DNA of 63,889 bases, filler included, from an uncultured Methanosarcinales archaeon (GCA_964405295.1; 7 parts of 7 records of this genome joined end to end with filler, not necessarily neighbours in it); one strand, 5' to 3'. Numbered from the whole stretch's first letter, positions 49,485-60,203 are shown. Numbers and translations: made by a program. Notes: generated from the sequence alone by a model not told the origin.

Positions 49485-50851
49485 TTGAGATGTTAATGGG
49501 ACACTGGAAACTGGACGGACATTTGAAGGATTCGAGCGGGTTCGCGAATCACGGCACGCAGCACGGCGGTGTGACGTTCGCATCGCCGGGTAAGTGGACG
49601 CAGGCAGCATCATTCGATGGAGTGGATGATTATATCTCGACTGGGTGCAGTATCGACATCGATACTAGCGTGAACGGATATACTCTCTCAGCATGGATAT
49701 ACCAGACCGATGACAAGGGGTATCAATGGAATACGATCTTTGGTGATTCGTATCCTTCTAATTTTGGAATCATAACCGTGGCTGGAAACCAGATCGCTGC
49801 TTGGGCGGGTGGACGAAGAGGAGATTTTGTGAGTGTTGGTGATCTTGAGAGTGGCTGGCACCACGTCGCGGCGGTTTATCACCCTAACGCGAGTGGATGG
49901 ACACCCGTTGATATGTACTTCGATGGTGCATACGTCGGTCAGAGCGTCACAGATCGGACAACTCCATTGTTTATCACCGTGATCATCTATGTGGGGAACA
50001 CGTATTCTGGATATGCTACCGATTTCTGCGGAAAGATCAACGACGTGCGGATCGACGACACCGCACTCACCGCATCAGATATCCGATATCTCTACCGTCT
50101 GCCTGGGATCACACGACGGGCTCATTATCTCCAATCGAGCGGAACTGAAGTATTCCTCGATACGCTCCAGCGGGTTGGCACTACGACCAGCAGGGAGATC
50201 GTATCATATCGATCGCATACGTCACGACATACGAAATCATTCGCTCGGTACGTGGATCCGACCATCTATTCGATGCAGGGGACGATGCTCTATGACCGTA
50301 CCAACACTGCGGACAAGCTCAAGTACCTGGCAGCGATCGACGATAAGGTGATCATGATCGCTGATCCTGATGTGGCATACGGGAATATCCAGAGATTGAC
50401 ATTCAACCGCGACTCGCCCGCATCGATGGGATTGGTGTTCGGGTTCGAATCGAACACAACGACTCCGGGCCAACTGCGGAACTGTGCCACTGTCGATGAT
50501 TGTGAGGCGAGCAATGGAACATCAATACTACTCGACGCGCAGAATGAGGACGTGTCATTCCTTCGATTGCAGGAAGATGTCACCCTGCCTGAGGGGGACT
50601 ATCTGCTATTCGCACGGGTAAGGGATACCCAGCAGGTGGCCAACGATCTTGAACTGCTGGTGTACAATGAATCGGACTCGTCGTCAATCGCGACGAGCAC
50701 GGAGACGTTGTCCTGGGATTATGATCTGTACACCCTGGCGTTCACCATCGACTCGGCAGATAGTGGAGACACGATCAAACTATCGGTATCAAAGGATACC
50801 GCGACAACGAATGACATATACGTCGACTTCGCGGGGATGGTGAGGATATGA
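49481..50851 (+). CDS. LamG/ConA-like domain tail protein (possible receptor binding)
   Basis: GHWKLDG..DSSG..NHG, FDGVDDY, TLSAWI, WHHVAAVY, GKINDVRI..ALT. Confidence 0.85.
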   Translation: MIEMLMGHWKLDGHLKDSSGFANHGTQHGGVTFASPGKWTQAASFDGVDDYISTGCSIDIDTSVNGYTLSAWIYQTDDKGYQWNTIFGDSYPSNFGIITVAGNQIAAWAGGRRGDFVSVGDLESGWHHVAAVYHPNASGWTPVDMYFDGAYVGQSVTDRTTPLFITVIIYVGNTYSGYATDFCGKINDVRIDDTALTASDIRYLYRLPGITRRAHYLQSSGTEVFLDTLQRVGTTTSREIVSYRSHTSRHTKSFARYVDPTIYSMQGTMLYDRTNTADKLKYLAAIDDKVIMIADPDVAYGNIQRLTFNRDSPASMGLVFGFESNTTTPGQLRNCATVDDCEASNGTSILLDAQNEDVSFLRLQEDVTLPEGDYLLFARVRDTQQVANDLELLVYNESDSSSIATSTETLSWDYDLYTLAFTIDSADSGDTIKLSVSKDTATTNDIYVDFAGMVRI

Positions 50852-51282
50852 TCGCAGGATTCATACAGGCGGTTGTCGATGCAATGTCACCCCCTCAGCA
50901 GGCGGGTTCCAAGCGCATCGATCGCAGGGTATTGTCGTCCCTTGTGCCGACGAGTGATGGGTTCGTGAAGGTCACCGATCGCGACTACAAACGGGTGGAT
51001 CGCGCTGCATTGGAACGATTCCTGCAATTCAACCGCGTGGATCGTCGGGTATATCGGAAAACAGCCAATGACTGTGATGATTTCGCATACATACTCATGG
51101 GTGATGTCACCCGGTGGGATTCGGATCTCGCGTTCGGCATTGCGATGGTATCGCGGCCATCGGGGCGGCATGCACTCAATTGTTTCGTAGGCCTTGACAT
51201 GCAGATGTACCTGGTCGAACCACAGACCGATGAGATCTTCACCGTGCCGGATGACTGGCATGTCTACTTCTTGTTATTTTGA
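50848..51282 (+). CDS. Papain/transglutaminase-like Cys protease (Agglutinin_C/MOA-like)
   Basis: NDCDDFA...HALNCF...LVEPQTD. Confidence 0.75.
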   Translation: MIAGFIQAVVDAMSPPQQAGSKRIDRRVLSSLVPTSDGFVKVTDRDYKRVDRAALERFLQFNRVDRRVYRKTANDCDDFAYILMGDVTRWDSDLAFGIAMVSRPSGRHALNCFVGLDMQMYLVEPQTDEIFTVPDDWHVYFLLF

Positions 51283-51960
51283 ATCTCCATGACAAACGGC
51301 CTCACGGATCGAGGTAGGTGAATTGATCGACAGGATGATCCGCGGGCTGTGTGGGTGCTACCGCTTGAACAGCGTTTACCTGGACCCGGTGATACCAACA
51401 AAGAGTATTGTTGCAGCAACCATTATCAGGTATCCGAGGATAATAACAATAATACGTTTTACTCTAGCCGAGTCATTTGGTAAAAGATTATTTATATGCA
51501 TTACCATCACACGAGCGGTAGTACGAGATACTTGCATATAATATCTATCCCTGTCATTTCTGACAATCATCAATTATACTCGCCTCGAACCCAGCGATTA
51601 GCGCGTCTACTTTTTATTGTTCTGAATTTCGACGGCATTTATGGTATATTATTAGGCATAATTACAATACTACCAATGCGATCTTCGGTCTCTTCGCCTT
51701 GGCCGCTATTGGCAAGACCCGCAGTGGGGCCATGGTGGCCGTCGACAAGCTCGTGGATGCAGCATCCTTCGACACTTCAATGATCATCCTGCTGTTGCTT
51801 GTGATNNNNNNNNNNNNNNNNNNNNNNNNNNNNNNNNNNNNNNNNNNNNTTAATTAATTAANNNNNNNNNNNNNNNNNNNNNNNNNNNNNNNNNNNNNNN
51901 NNNNNATTAAAGCACTTATAAATAATGGTATAATTAAAGTATAAACATAACTCAATTTAT

Positions 51961-53769
51961 ATGGAAGAAACAAAAATCAAAACATTAGTAGAAGATTTCA
52001 TTGATTTATCAGGTGAAAGTGTTGAAGTAACCACAGGCAATCATTTTAATATGCCTAATACTATTAACAAGATTTCATTATATAAAGCAAGTAAATTCAA
52101 ATCAGGAGATAAAGATTCACAAGGTAATAAGAAATTCTTTTATAATATTATTACTCAAGCAGTTATAAATGCACAGAAGAACTTAGATCTAGATACCAAA
52201 GATGTATTAATTAAAGCAACCAAACCTGAATATAGGATAAATTCACTTGTATATAATGATTTATTCAATCAATATGTAAAAGAAACAGGACTTGGAATAA
52301 GAATAAATAAACTTATAGAAGTTTTAAGCACTTATGGAAGTTGTATTACTAAACAAACTAAAGATGGATTCAAGGTTGTTAATATGAATAAGATTATGAT
52401 AGATCCCGGTGTTTCTAATTTAGATAATAGTTTTGATTTACAAGGAGCTTATGCTATTGAGAAAGTAACAATGACTTATTCAGAGTTAGAGGAAATGAAA
52501 TCTAAATGGAATACAGATGAAGTAATACAAGTATTAGAAAGTTTTAAGAAATCAAACAAAGGTGATTCTAATAAGACAGAAATACCTATATATGAAAGTT
52601 ATGTTTATTCTCCTAATGAATACTTTGATGATGGAGATGATGGATATGGATTCCATAAAGTAATTTTAACTTTAGATTCTAAGAAAACAGAGTTTAATGA
52701 GGACTTAAATGATACTGAAGCTGATGTAGTTGGTAGAGTTTTATTTACAGAGGAGATAGAAAAGATACCTTATAAAAAGATAGATTATTACACAATAGAG
52801 GGTAGAAACTTAGGTTATGGTGTTGTAGAGGTTTTATTTGACCCACAACAAAGAGTAAATGAAATCAAACACGATGTTAAACTTTCAATGAATATATCTG
52901 CTAAACATTTATTTCAAACTGCAGATGATACACTAGCTAGAAACATTCAAAGAGATTTAAGAAATGGTGATATTATAAAGACTAAGAATGGTATCAATCC
53001 TGTATCTACTGAAGAAAGGAATCTACCTGCTTGGAATGTAGAAATAGATAACTGGTCTAATATAGGTAGACAAAATACTAATTCTCCAGAAGTAATGACT
53101 GGTGAAACGCTACCATCAAATCAAACTTTAGGTGGGCAACAAATATCTACTGTTCAAGCTGCTAAGTTCTTTGATTTATTAAGAGAACAGATTGGCTTAT
53201 TCTTAAAAGAGAACTTAAAAGATTTTGTATTACCTAAATTTGAAAATACACCATTAAAAGATATAGTTGAAATGACTACACCAGAAACTATTAAAGTAAT
53301 AGCTGAAAGAGATATTAATAGGAGAGTAAATGATAAGATAATAAGAGCTATATTAAATAAGAAAACAGATGTTAATGTTAAACCCAGCAAACAGGAAACT
53401 GATATTATGAAACAAAGGGAAATGGAGAATATAAGTAAAGAACAATTTGTTAAAGCAAGCAAGGAGTTCTTAAAGTTTGAAAAGAAAATAGATATTATAA
53501 TAACAGGTGAAGGTAAGAACTTAATGCAAGAAATTAGTTCTATAACTCAAATTATAAATATGATAAGTAACCCAGCAATGCTACAAGACCCTACTATGAA
53601 AAGGTTATTGGATATGTTGTTAGAAGATATTGGAATAGACGAAGGGTTGTTTGGTAAAGGAACAGTTCAACCAGTTCCTACACCACAAGCACAAGGGCAA
53701 CAAGTTAAAGCTAAGATAGATGCAGAAGCAGTTACTCCCGGACCTAGTCCAGTAACACCAAAAGTTTGA
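51961..53769 (+). CDS. Portal protein
   Basis: 602 aa; STYGSCITK, GRNLGYGVVEVLFDPQQRVNE, VMTGETLPS; upstream of scaffold and MCP. Confidence 0.85.
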   Translation: MEETKIKTLVEDFIDLSGESVEVTTGNHFNMPNTINKISLYKASKFKSGDKDSQGNKKFFYNIITQAVINAQKNLDLDTKDVLIKATKPEYRINSLVYNDLFNQYVKETGLGIRINKLIEVLSTYGSCITKQTKDGFKVVNMNKIMIDPGVSNLDNSFDLQGAYAIEKVTMTYSELEEMKSKWNTDEVIQVLESFKKSNKGDSNKTEIPIYESYVYSPNEYFDDGDDGYGFHKVILTLDSKKTEFNEDLNDTEADVVGRVLFTEEIEKIPYKKIDYYTIEGRNLGYGVVEVLFDPQQRVNEIKHDVKLSMNISAKHLFQTADDTLARNIQRDLRNGDIIKTKNGINPVSTEERNLPAWNVEIDNWSNIGRQNTNSPEVMTGETLPSNQTLGGQQISTVQAAKFFDLLREQIGLFLKENLKDFVLPKFENTPLKDIVEMTTPETIKVIAERDINRRVNDKIIRAILNKKTDVNVKPSKQETDIMKQREMENISKEQFVKASKEFLKFEKKIDIIITGEGKNLMQEISSITQIINMISNPAMLQDPTMKRLLDMLLEDIGIDEGLFGKGTVQPVPTPQAQGQQVKAKIDAEAVTPGPSPVTPKV

Positions 53770-53794
53770 CAATAAGTCAATAGGTTTCTATAAT
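53766..53794 (+). promoter_or_regulatory. Consensus sigma70 promoter with inverted repeat over the -35 box
   Basis: TTGACA-17 nt-TATAAT; TTGAC-aataa-GTCAA. Confidence 0.85.
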
Positions 53795-53819
53795 GAATAT
53801 AGCAACTAAAACAAAATAA

Positions 53820-54095
53820 ATGGTTCAAATCTCAGAAGATACAATTATCTCAATGAAAAATCTAAACAAAAATTTAGATTGGAAGTTGATTAGAAACGAT
53901 TGGATTATTCCAATGATGAAAGAGCTAAACAATATCTATGATAGTAAATTAAACCCTGACTGTTGTGAGAATGACTTTAAAGCTGAGTATATGGCTAAGG
54001 TCAAAGCATTTGGTAGGCTTGAAATGATAATATCTAAAATAGATGATTATGCTGGTGCTGATGAGAAGAAAACACTAGCAGAGGACTTTGAGTAG
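53820..54095 (+). CDS. Small head-module protein
   Basis: 91-aa helical ORF between portal and scaffold. Confidence 0.7.
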   Translation: MVQISEDTIISMKNLNKNLDWKLIRNDWIIPMMKELNNIYDSKLNPDCCENDFKAEYMAKVKAFGRLEMIISKIDDYAGADEKKTLAEDFE

Positions 54096-54167
54096 TTTAA
54101 ACAATCTACCTCTGTCCACCGATGATGACTAAACATCTAAAAATGAATAAATTTTAACATTTTCCTT

Positions 54168-54674
54168 ATGGAAGACGAGAAAAAGGACTTGCAAGATCCA
54201 AAACTTGCAGATGACCAAACATCTAAAAACGAAACAGAGGCTGAATCTTCTAACGAAGATATGGCAAAGGAACTAGCTTCATTCAAAGCACAAAAAGAAC
54301 ACTTTAGAACCAAATATCAAAAGGCTCAAGAGTTGTTAGATACTTTAGATGAGAAAGAACCTACAAAGGAGGTGAAGTCTAATGTGCCAGATAATGACAG
54401 GTTAGATATAATAGATTTTTCTGTTATACATAGAGATTTAGATAGAGATGATGTTCTTAAAATAAATAAGTATGCAAAATCATTAGGCATAACAATGGAA
54501 CAAGCTCTTGAAGATGACTTTGTAAAAGCAGGACTAGAGAAAAAAACAAAGGACAGAGCTTCAGAAGAAGCTAAGTTCGATTCAAATCGTTCTCCTAGAA
54601 GTAAATCAGGTAAAAAGATTGAATATTATAATGGTATGCCTGACGCAGAGTTTAAAAAGGCGGCGGGATATTAA
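54168..54674 (+). CDS. Putative scaffolding protein
   Basis: Acidic, coiled-coil, directly upstream of the MCP. Confidence 0.7.
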   Translation: MEDEKKDLQDPKLADDQTSKNETEAESSNEDMAKELASFKAQKEHFRTKYQKAQELLDTLDEKEPTKEVKSNVPDNDRLDIIDFSVIHRDLDRDDVLKINKYAKSLGITMEQALEDDFVKAGLEKKTKDRASEEAKFDSNRSPRSKSGKKIEYYNGMPDAEFKKAAGY

Positions 54675-54771
54675 AAAATAACTTTATAGGAGAGTGCTAT
54701 TTTATAAATATAGGCACTAAATACTCCTAATTAAACAACTAAATGGAGGAATGGTGTCATAAAACGACAAT

Positions 54772-56200
54772 ATGGCTTATCCTACAGATACTTTTACAGA
54801 CGCAGATATGGAGGTCTTTTTTCCAGAGATCTGGGCTGCAAGAATAAATGACTTTTTTAGAGCTAGATTACAACTTGGAGCATTTTTTACTGATATGTCA
54901 GAGGACTTTGCTGGAGGTGGTGATGTTTTAAACATTCCTAACTTCACAGAAATGTCAGCTAACACTAAGAATAATGCTACAGCTGTAACCCTTAACATAT
55001 TGGGGGCTTTTGTAAAGTGTATTTATCAGTTGGGTATTTAACATAATTATNNNNNNNNNNNNNNNNNNNNNNNNNNNNNNNNNNNNNNNNNNNNNNNNNN
55101 NNNNNNNNNNNNNNNNNNNNNNNNNNNNNNNNNNNNNNNNNNNNNNNNNNTAATTATTCAAGAATACAAAGATAAACACACAAAGCTAAATGTAGATGAC
55201 GATATATTTTATAACATAAAGAACGGGGTAACTTTATGTAGAAAATGTCATAAACAACTACATAAGCAACAAAAGAGAAATGGGTGAATTGCTGGAACGC
55301 TAAATTGTTTTTAACAACAAGCCAATCAGCAGCCAAGTTATAACTTAAATGGTTATAAAAGGTTCAACGACTAGGTATTGAAACTCTATAAGAGAATATA
55401 ATATACCCAAGAGCGCCCATACCGAAAGGTATGATATAGTCTGAGCTTATAGGAAACTATAAGATGTGTAAATTAAAAAATACACGATAACAAAATGCAA
55501 TAGTCCTACAGAAACAGATATTAATTTATCTATTGATACTTGGAACGAAGTATCATTTATGATAGAAGATTTCCAAGGTGCTAAACTTAAAAAGTCTTAT
55601 AACATTAAGGAAAAATACGCAAAGAATGCTGCTTACACAGCTGCAGCAAGTTACGAAGATGCTATTATAGCGTTAATAGATGACTTCAGTAACACAGTTG
55701 GAACTTCTACAGCAGTTATAGCTGATTCTAATATTAGAGCTGCTATAAACTACTTAGAAACTGCCAACGTAGAATTAGAAGATTGTGCTTTCTTCTTCCA
55801 CCCATCAGTTGTTAATACTCAATTATTGAATATTGACAGATATGTGGACTTTGACTTTACAACTTCTAGGCCAATAGATGGTGGTGGTTTGGCTACAAAC
55901 ACTACTGTTGGAGCAATGAGCACAGTTGGACTTAAACCTAGAGGAAACTTATATGGAATCCCTGTTTACAGCTCAACTAGAATGGCTTATGTTTCAGGAA
56001 GCGACGGAAGATATGGATGTTTAGCACATAAGGATGCTATCGTTCACGCAGCAATTACTCCAAATCCTAATTCAGGAATGAGAGTAAGAGTTCAAGAATC
56101 TTATAAACAAGAATATCTTGGAACTTTAGTAACAGCAGACATTATGTTTGGTGTTATAGAAAATAGAGATACAGCCGGTGTAACTATTTTAACAGACTAA
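54772..56200 (+). CDS. Major capsid protein (P22-coat-like), two exons 54772-54992 and 55498-56200, 307 aa spliced
   Basis: FPEIWA, GDVLNIP; splicing gives AVTLNSPTETDINLSIDTW in frame; GNLYGIPVYSS, HKDAI, VTADIMFG. Confidence 0.88.
54993..55497 (+). ncRNA. Group I intron in the major capsid gene
   Basis: 5' exon ends in U; IGS TATTGGGGG pairs with CCCT (P1) and CAATA (P10); AATTGCTGGAA, AATCAGCAG, GTTCAACGACTA and GATATAGTCT core elements; terminal G. Confidence 0.93.
55153..55287 (+). CDS. Intron-encoded HNH homing endonuclease, C-terminal fragment (rest presumably in N gap 55051-55150)
   Basis: Manual translation ...FYNIKNGVTLCRKCHKQLHKQQKRNG*. Confidence 0.8.
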   Translation: MIQEYKDKHTKLNVDDDIFYNIKNGVTLCRKCHKQLHKQQKRNG

Positions 56201-56275
56201 TTAAACAATAAGTTTATCTGCCTTAGAGGAGTCTTTTCTCCGACATTCTTTAGGGCAGGAGAAAATGTAAACTAT

Positions 56276-56626
56276 ATGATTAAAACATCAAGAAACTTAC
56301 CAAGCAGACCTACTAGAATAGAAATAAATGGTAGGACTGGTCAAATAAAAAAACAAGATGACTCAACAAGAAAGACAACTGAGGATAAAACAAAGCCTCA
56401 ACATAGCCTTGACCAAGCAATCTCTGGACAAACAATGGGAAAAGACAATGGAAAAGGAACAAATGAAGAAGCGAATAGTGCTGGACTCAATGGAATAGAC
56501 AACGCTTTGAATAAAGCAATAGAAAAAGCAGCTATAAATGCAATAGAGAAAAACCCTGAACTTATACAAGATGCAGTAGCTAGTTTAATTGCTAAAAAAA
56601 TCAAAGACAAACTAAAAGACTTATAA
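56276..56626 (+). CDS. Hypothetical phage protein
   Basis: 116-aa ORF coupled to the next gene (TAATG). Confidence 0.7.
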   Translation: MIKTSRNLPSRPTRIEINGRTGQIKKQDDSTRKTTEDKTKPQHSLDQAISGQTMGKDNGKGTNEEANSAGLNGIDNALNKAIEKAAINAIEKNPELIQDAVASLIAKKIKDKLKDL

Positions 56627-57671
56627 TGAACATCTATATGTTATGGTCTAGGTATGGTGGTTGTGGATATGTTAGACAATTCCTACCTATGAAATATAAT
56701 AATTGGACTGGTGATTACTTAAAATTAGGAGAAGAAAGAGATAAAAGGGAAAAAGCTAAAGAGATGATAGCTTCTGATATAATAGTGGCTCACAGATTAG
56801 ATGATGTAGGAAAGATAAACTTCATAGATAAAATGCAATTAGATGGTAAAAAGCTAGTTGTTGATAATGATGATACTACTTTAATAGATGAGATGGGTTC
56901 ATTAAAGAAGTTTATGGTTTATCAGGGATTAGTTCATAGCTCAATTAAGAAAGCTGATCTAGTTACCTGCTCAACAGAGTTTCTAAAGAAAGAATATGAG
57001 AATTACACAGATTCTCCAGTTGTCGTGCTACCAAATTGTGTAGAACCAAGTGCTTACCCAAACTCTAAACATAAACAACATAAAAAGGTTAGAATAGGTT
57101 TTATAGGTTCAGTTATGTATAAAGAAGATAGAGGAGCTATACAGGACTTAATAGTAGAACTATCTAAAAGAGAAGATGTTACAGTAGTTTGTTTCGGTTT
57201 GATTCCACCTATGTTAAGGAAGAATAATAAAGATTTCTATGAGGGAATGAAAGAAGATTGTGACTTCTGGGATACAATAGATTGTGAATGGACTCCTTTC
57301 ACACCAATAGAAAAATATATAGATACTATTAATGACTTAGATATTGATATAGCAGTAATGGCTCGTAAAGATAATTACTTTAATAGATGTAAGAGTAATA
57401 TTAAGTATTTAGAGATGTCTATGTTAAAAATACCTTGTATATGTCAATCTTTTAAAGATAACCAATCACCATACGATAATGATATTATAGATGGTTGGAA
57501 TGGTTACTTAGCAGAGGATGAAGATGAGTTCAGAAATAGAATAGAAGAACTTATAAGGTTTCCAAATGTAAGAAATAGAATAAGGAGAAATGCTTTTAAA
57601 TATGTAAAAGAAAATTACGATATTAAAAATAAAGCTCACTTATGGAAAGAAGCATACAATCAAATAAAATA
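56626..57671 (+). CDS. Glycosyltransferase, GT-B (GT4-like)
   Basis: GGCGYVR, DNDD, ADLVTCSTEFL, LPNC, FNRCKSNIKYLE; ends at an N gap. Confidence 0.85.
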
Positions 57672-57771
57672 NNNNNNNNNNNNNNNNNNNNNNNNNNNNN
57701 NNNNNNNNNNNNNNNNNNNNNNNNNNNNNNNNNNNNNNNNNNNNNNNNNNNNNNNNNNNNNNNNNNNNNNN

Positions 57772-58374
57772 CATCACGATAGACACGACCATTTAAAGAA
57801 CTGCCTAGATTCTTTTGATAATACCCTTTTTAATATAATAATAGTGTCAGGTGCAACTTTTGCACAGAATTGTAATAAAGGTGCTAAATTAGCAGAAACA
57901 AACAAACTTATATTCTTAAATGATGATACTTTACCTAGCACAGAACATTTAAAAGCTATATGCGACAATTTAGGTAGGTTCCATTTTGTAGGTTCAACCC
58001 AAATTACAGGTAAAGGAGTTAAATACTATGGATTGGGAATAAATGCTACAAACGATAAATTTGTAGTTTCTGTCCAATTAAAAAATAATAGGAGTTTATT
58101 ACCTAGTGGTTTCTGTTTTGGATTCAGAAAAAATGAATGGGAAAGTTTAGGTGGATTCAATGAAAGTTTTAAGAATGGTGATGAAGATGTAGATTTAGGA
58201 TTTAGAGCAAAAGATAAAGGTCTGAAAATAAATATACTAGATTTAGAGATAAAACATTTAGAAAGTCAAAGCATAGATAGGTTTAAATTTATTGCCGAAA
58301 ATGAAGACTTGTTTTATAATATATATAATCAAGAATATCTTAAAAATCAATATGAACATTCTACTCGCTTGTAA
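57772..58374 (+). CDS. Glycosyltransferase, GT2 (5' partial)
   Basis: FAQNCNKGA, FLNDD, GGFNESF..GDEDVDL, HLESQS. Confidence 0.85.
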   Translation, partial: HHDRHDHLKNCLDSFDNTLFNIIIVSGATFAQNCNKGAKLAETNKLIFLNDDTLPSTEHLKAICDNLGRFHFVGSTQITGKGVKYYGLGINATNDKFVVSVQLKNNRSLLPSGFCFGFRKNEWESLGGFNESFKNGDEDVDLGFRAKDKGLKINILDLEIKHLESQSIDRFKFIAENEDLFYNIYNQEYLKNQYEHSTRL

Positions 58375-59230
58375 TGAAATGGTTTCTCTAACTGGTAGCC
58401 CCTTATATCATTACACTTTAGCAAAAGAATTAAGGCAACAAGGTCATAGAGTATTTATATTTTCTATATGGGGTAAGCGTTTTAAAGATTTACCAAGATT
58501 TGGTGTAATAAAATATGGCTCAATGCACAGAAACATAAACTTTGATTTATTCTTAGTAAGCCAACCTATAATGGAGGAAGTAATAGATAAAATAAGGGCT
58601 AAAAAGGTTGTAAATGTAGTTCATTCTGAATATCCCTGTGAAACTCCTATGACACATAAAAGAATAGACCATTACATAGCCATAAGACCTGAAATAAAAC
58701 AGCATTTGATTGATTATCACGAGATACCAGAAGATAAAATATCAGTTATATATAATGGGATAGATACCAAAAGATTTTCTACTAATAAAAGAAAAAAACA
58801 CGAAGGAGATTATACTAAGGTTGTTTTACCTTGTTCTATACATCCATTAAGAGCTAAATTTATAAATTATTACACTAAACAGGCTTGTGAGAAGTATAGA
58901 GTGTATATATATGGAAAAACAACAGGTAATGCTAAAATATATAGGAATGAATGGGTGTTTATAAGTGATGAAAAGGAAAATATAGAAGATTATATAGCTG
59001 ATGCTGATATTGTAGCTGGAATATTATTAGGCAGAATCAATTTAGAAGCGTATAATATGGGTATACCTAATTACATACACGATCCAGACAATCCTAAGAA
59101 GAAATACTTATATTCAATAGACAAAGAAGAATTTAACAATAGACATAATATAAAAAACGTAGCTAAACAAATAACAAACTTATATGAGAACACTAGAAGT
59201 AACAAACAAGACACTTATAGATGGCATTAA
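58352..59230 (+). CDS. Glycosyltransferase, GT-B (GT4-like)
   Basis: MNILL...TGS..Y.LAKELRQQGHRV, ISVIYNGIDTKRF, ADIV...GRINLEA..MG. Confidence 0.82.
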   Translation: MNILLACNEMVSLTGSPLYHYTLAKELRQQGHRVFIFSIWGKRFKDLPRFGVIKYGSMHRNINFDLFLVSQPIMEEVIDKIRAKKVVNVVHSEYPCETPMTHKRIDHYIAIRPEIKQHLIDYHEIPEDKISVIYNGIDTKRFSTNKRKKHEGDYTKVVLPCSIHPLRAKFINYYTKQACEKYRVYIYGKTTGNAKIYRNEWVFISDEKENIEDYIADADIVAGILLGRINLEAYNMGIPNYIHDPDNPKKKYLYSIDKEEFNNRHNIKNVAKQITNLYENTRSNKQDTYRWH

Positions 59231-59555
59231 TAAAATGTATGAACTTTCATCTAAATTAGAAACAGAGAGTAAAATAGCTCAAAAGTTATTTGATGAATTC
59301 AATACATTAAGAGAACAAATAGGAATGGAAATAGATAAGATTAAGATAGGGAGGGAAAAAACAGTAGAAAAATGGGAAAAAGAATTGGGAGAATACGAAA
59401 TTATAAGCAATTTGAGAAAAGAGAAAGGTAAATACATAGCAGAAATAGTAGATGAGTTTGAAGAATGGAAACTATCTCAAATAGAAAAATTAAAGAAAGA
59501 GAAAGAATTATTAGCCGATAGAAAGAAAGAAATCAAGAAATTGGAGAAAAAATAA
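59184..59555 (+). CDS. Coiled-coil hypothetical phage protein
   Basis: 123-aa charged helical ORF. Confidence 0.65.
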   Translation: MRTLEVTNKTLIDGINKMYELSSKLETESKIAQKLFDEFNTLREQIGMEIDKIKIGREKTVEKWEKELGEYEIISNLRKEKGKYIAEIVDEFEEWKLSQIEKLKKEKELLADRKKEIKKLEKK

Positions 59556-59565
59556 ATATACTTGC

Positions 59566-59611
59566 AAAAAGAGGGTAGTTTAAAAAGCTACCTTTTTTTT
59601 TGTGGTATAAT
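59566..59611 (+). terminator. Intrinsic terminator abutting an extended -10 promoter
   Basis: GGTAG..CTACC stem with T-run, then TGTGGTATAAT. Confidence 0.6.
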
Positions 59612-59636
59612 ATATATATAAGAATAAACTAAAACA

Positions 59637-59936
59637 ATGTTTTCAAATAGGACTAAAAAATCTACTAATTGGGGAAAGCCAACAATCATAAGCTATTGGA
59701 CTTTTGAACAAACTGGTATAACTTTTGACCAAGAGTATCTTTTATTCGAATCTATACAAAATACATCAAAACATAGAGTAAATTCTACTTTATGGACTCA
59801 AATAAGAGAATTCTTCTATAAAACTTGGTATTTTGGAAGCAGAAATGTAAAATTTGGGTCATACAGTTACAATTTTGGTGGAACTGACTTCAAAGAAGAA
59901 CAAACATTTACGAATAGAACAAAGCCTAAAGAATAA
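59637..59936 (+). CDS. Hypothetical phage protein
   Basis: 99-aa ORF downstream of the promoter; FxNRTK at both ends. Confidence 0.6.
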   Translation: MFSNRTKKSTNWGKPTIISYWTFEQTGITFDQEYLLFESIQNTSKHRVNSTLWTQIREFFYKTWYFGSRNVKFGSYSYNFGGTDFKEEQTFTNRTKPKE

Positions 59937-59945
59937 TTAAATTAT

Positions 59946-60203
59946 ATGTCAATAAATTACCCAACAAGCCTAGACACTTTTTCAGCAGTAACAAATGATA
60001 CTGATGTAAGAACTACTCATCCAGCTATGCATAACACTAATAGCGATATTCTTGCGGCACTTGAAGCTAAGGTAGGTGTAGATAGTTCAGCAGTAGTAAC
60101 TTCATTAGATTATTTAGTAGCTGCATTAGACAGCACAAAGTTTGATACTTCTGATTTTGCTAGTTACTTTGATACTAGATTGGCTACTAAAGACACAGCT
60201 GAT
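59946..60203 (+). CDS. Putative tail fibre/appendage protein N-terminus (3' partial)
   Basis: MSINYPTSLD...H...H...ALEAKVGVDSSAVVTSLDY. Confidence 0.5.

Noticed and set aside
43354..51783. Many overlapping alternative-frame and antisense ORFs in the GC-rich contig
   Set aside because: Expected shadow ORFs at higher GC; a tightly packed plus-strand operon already covers the region.
54772..55041. Truncated capsid pseudogene
   Set aside because: Explained by the group I intron; splicing restores the frame.
56626..58374. Single 582-aa fused glycosyltransferase from the ORF track
   Set aside because: Read-through of an N gap. The GT-B part looks complete at 57671 and the GT2 part is probably a separate gene.
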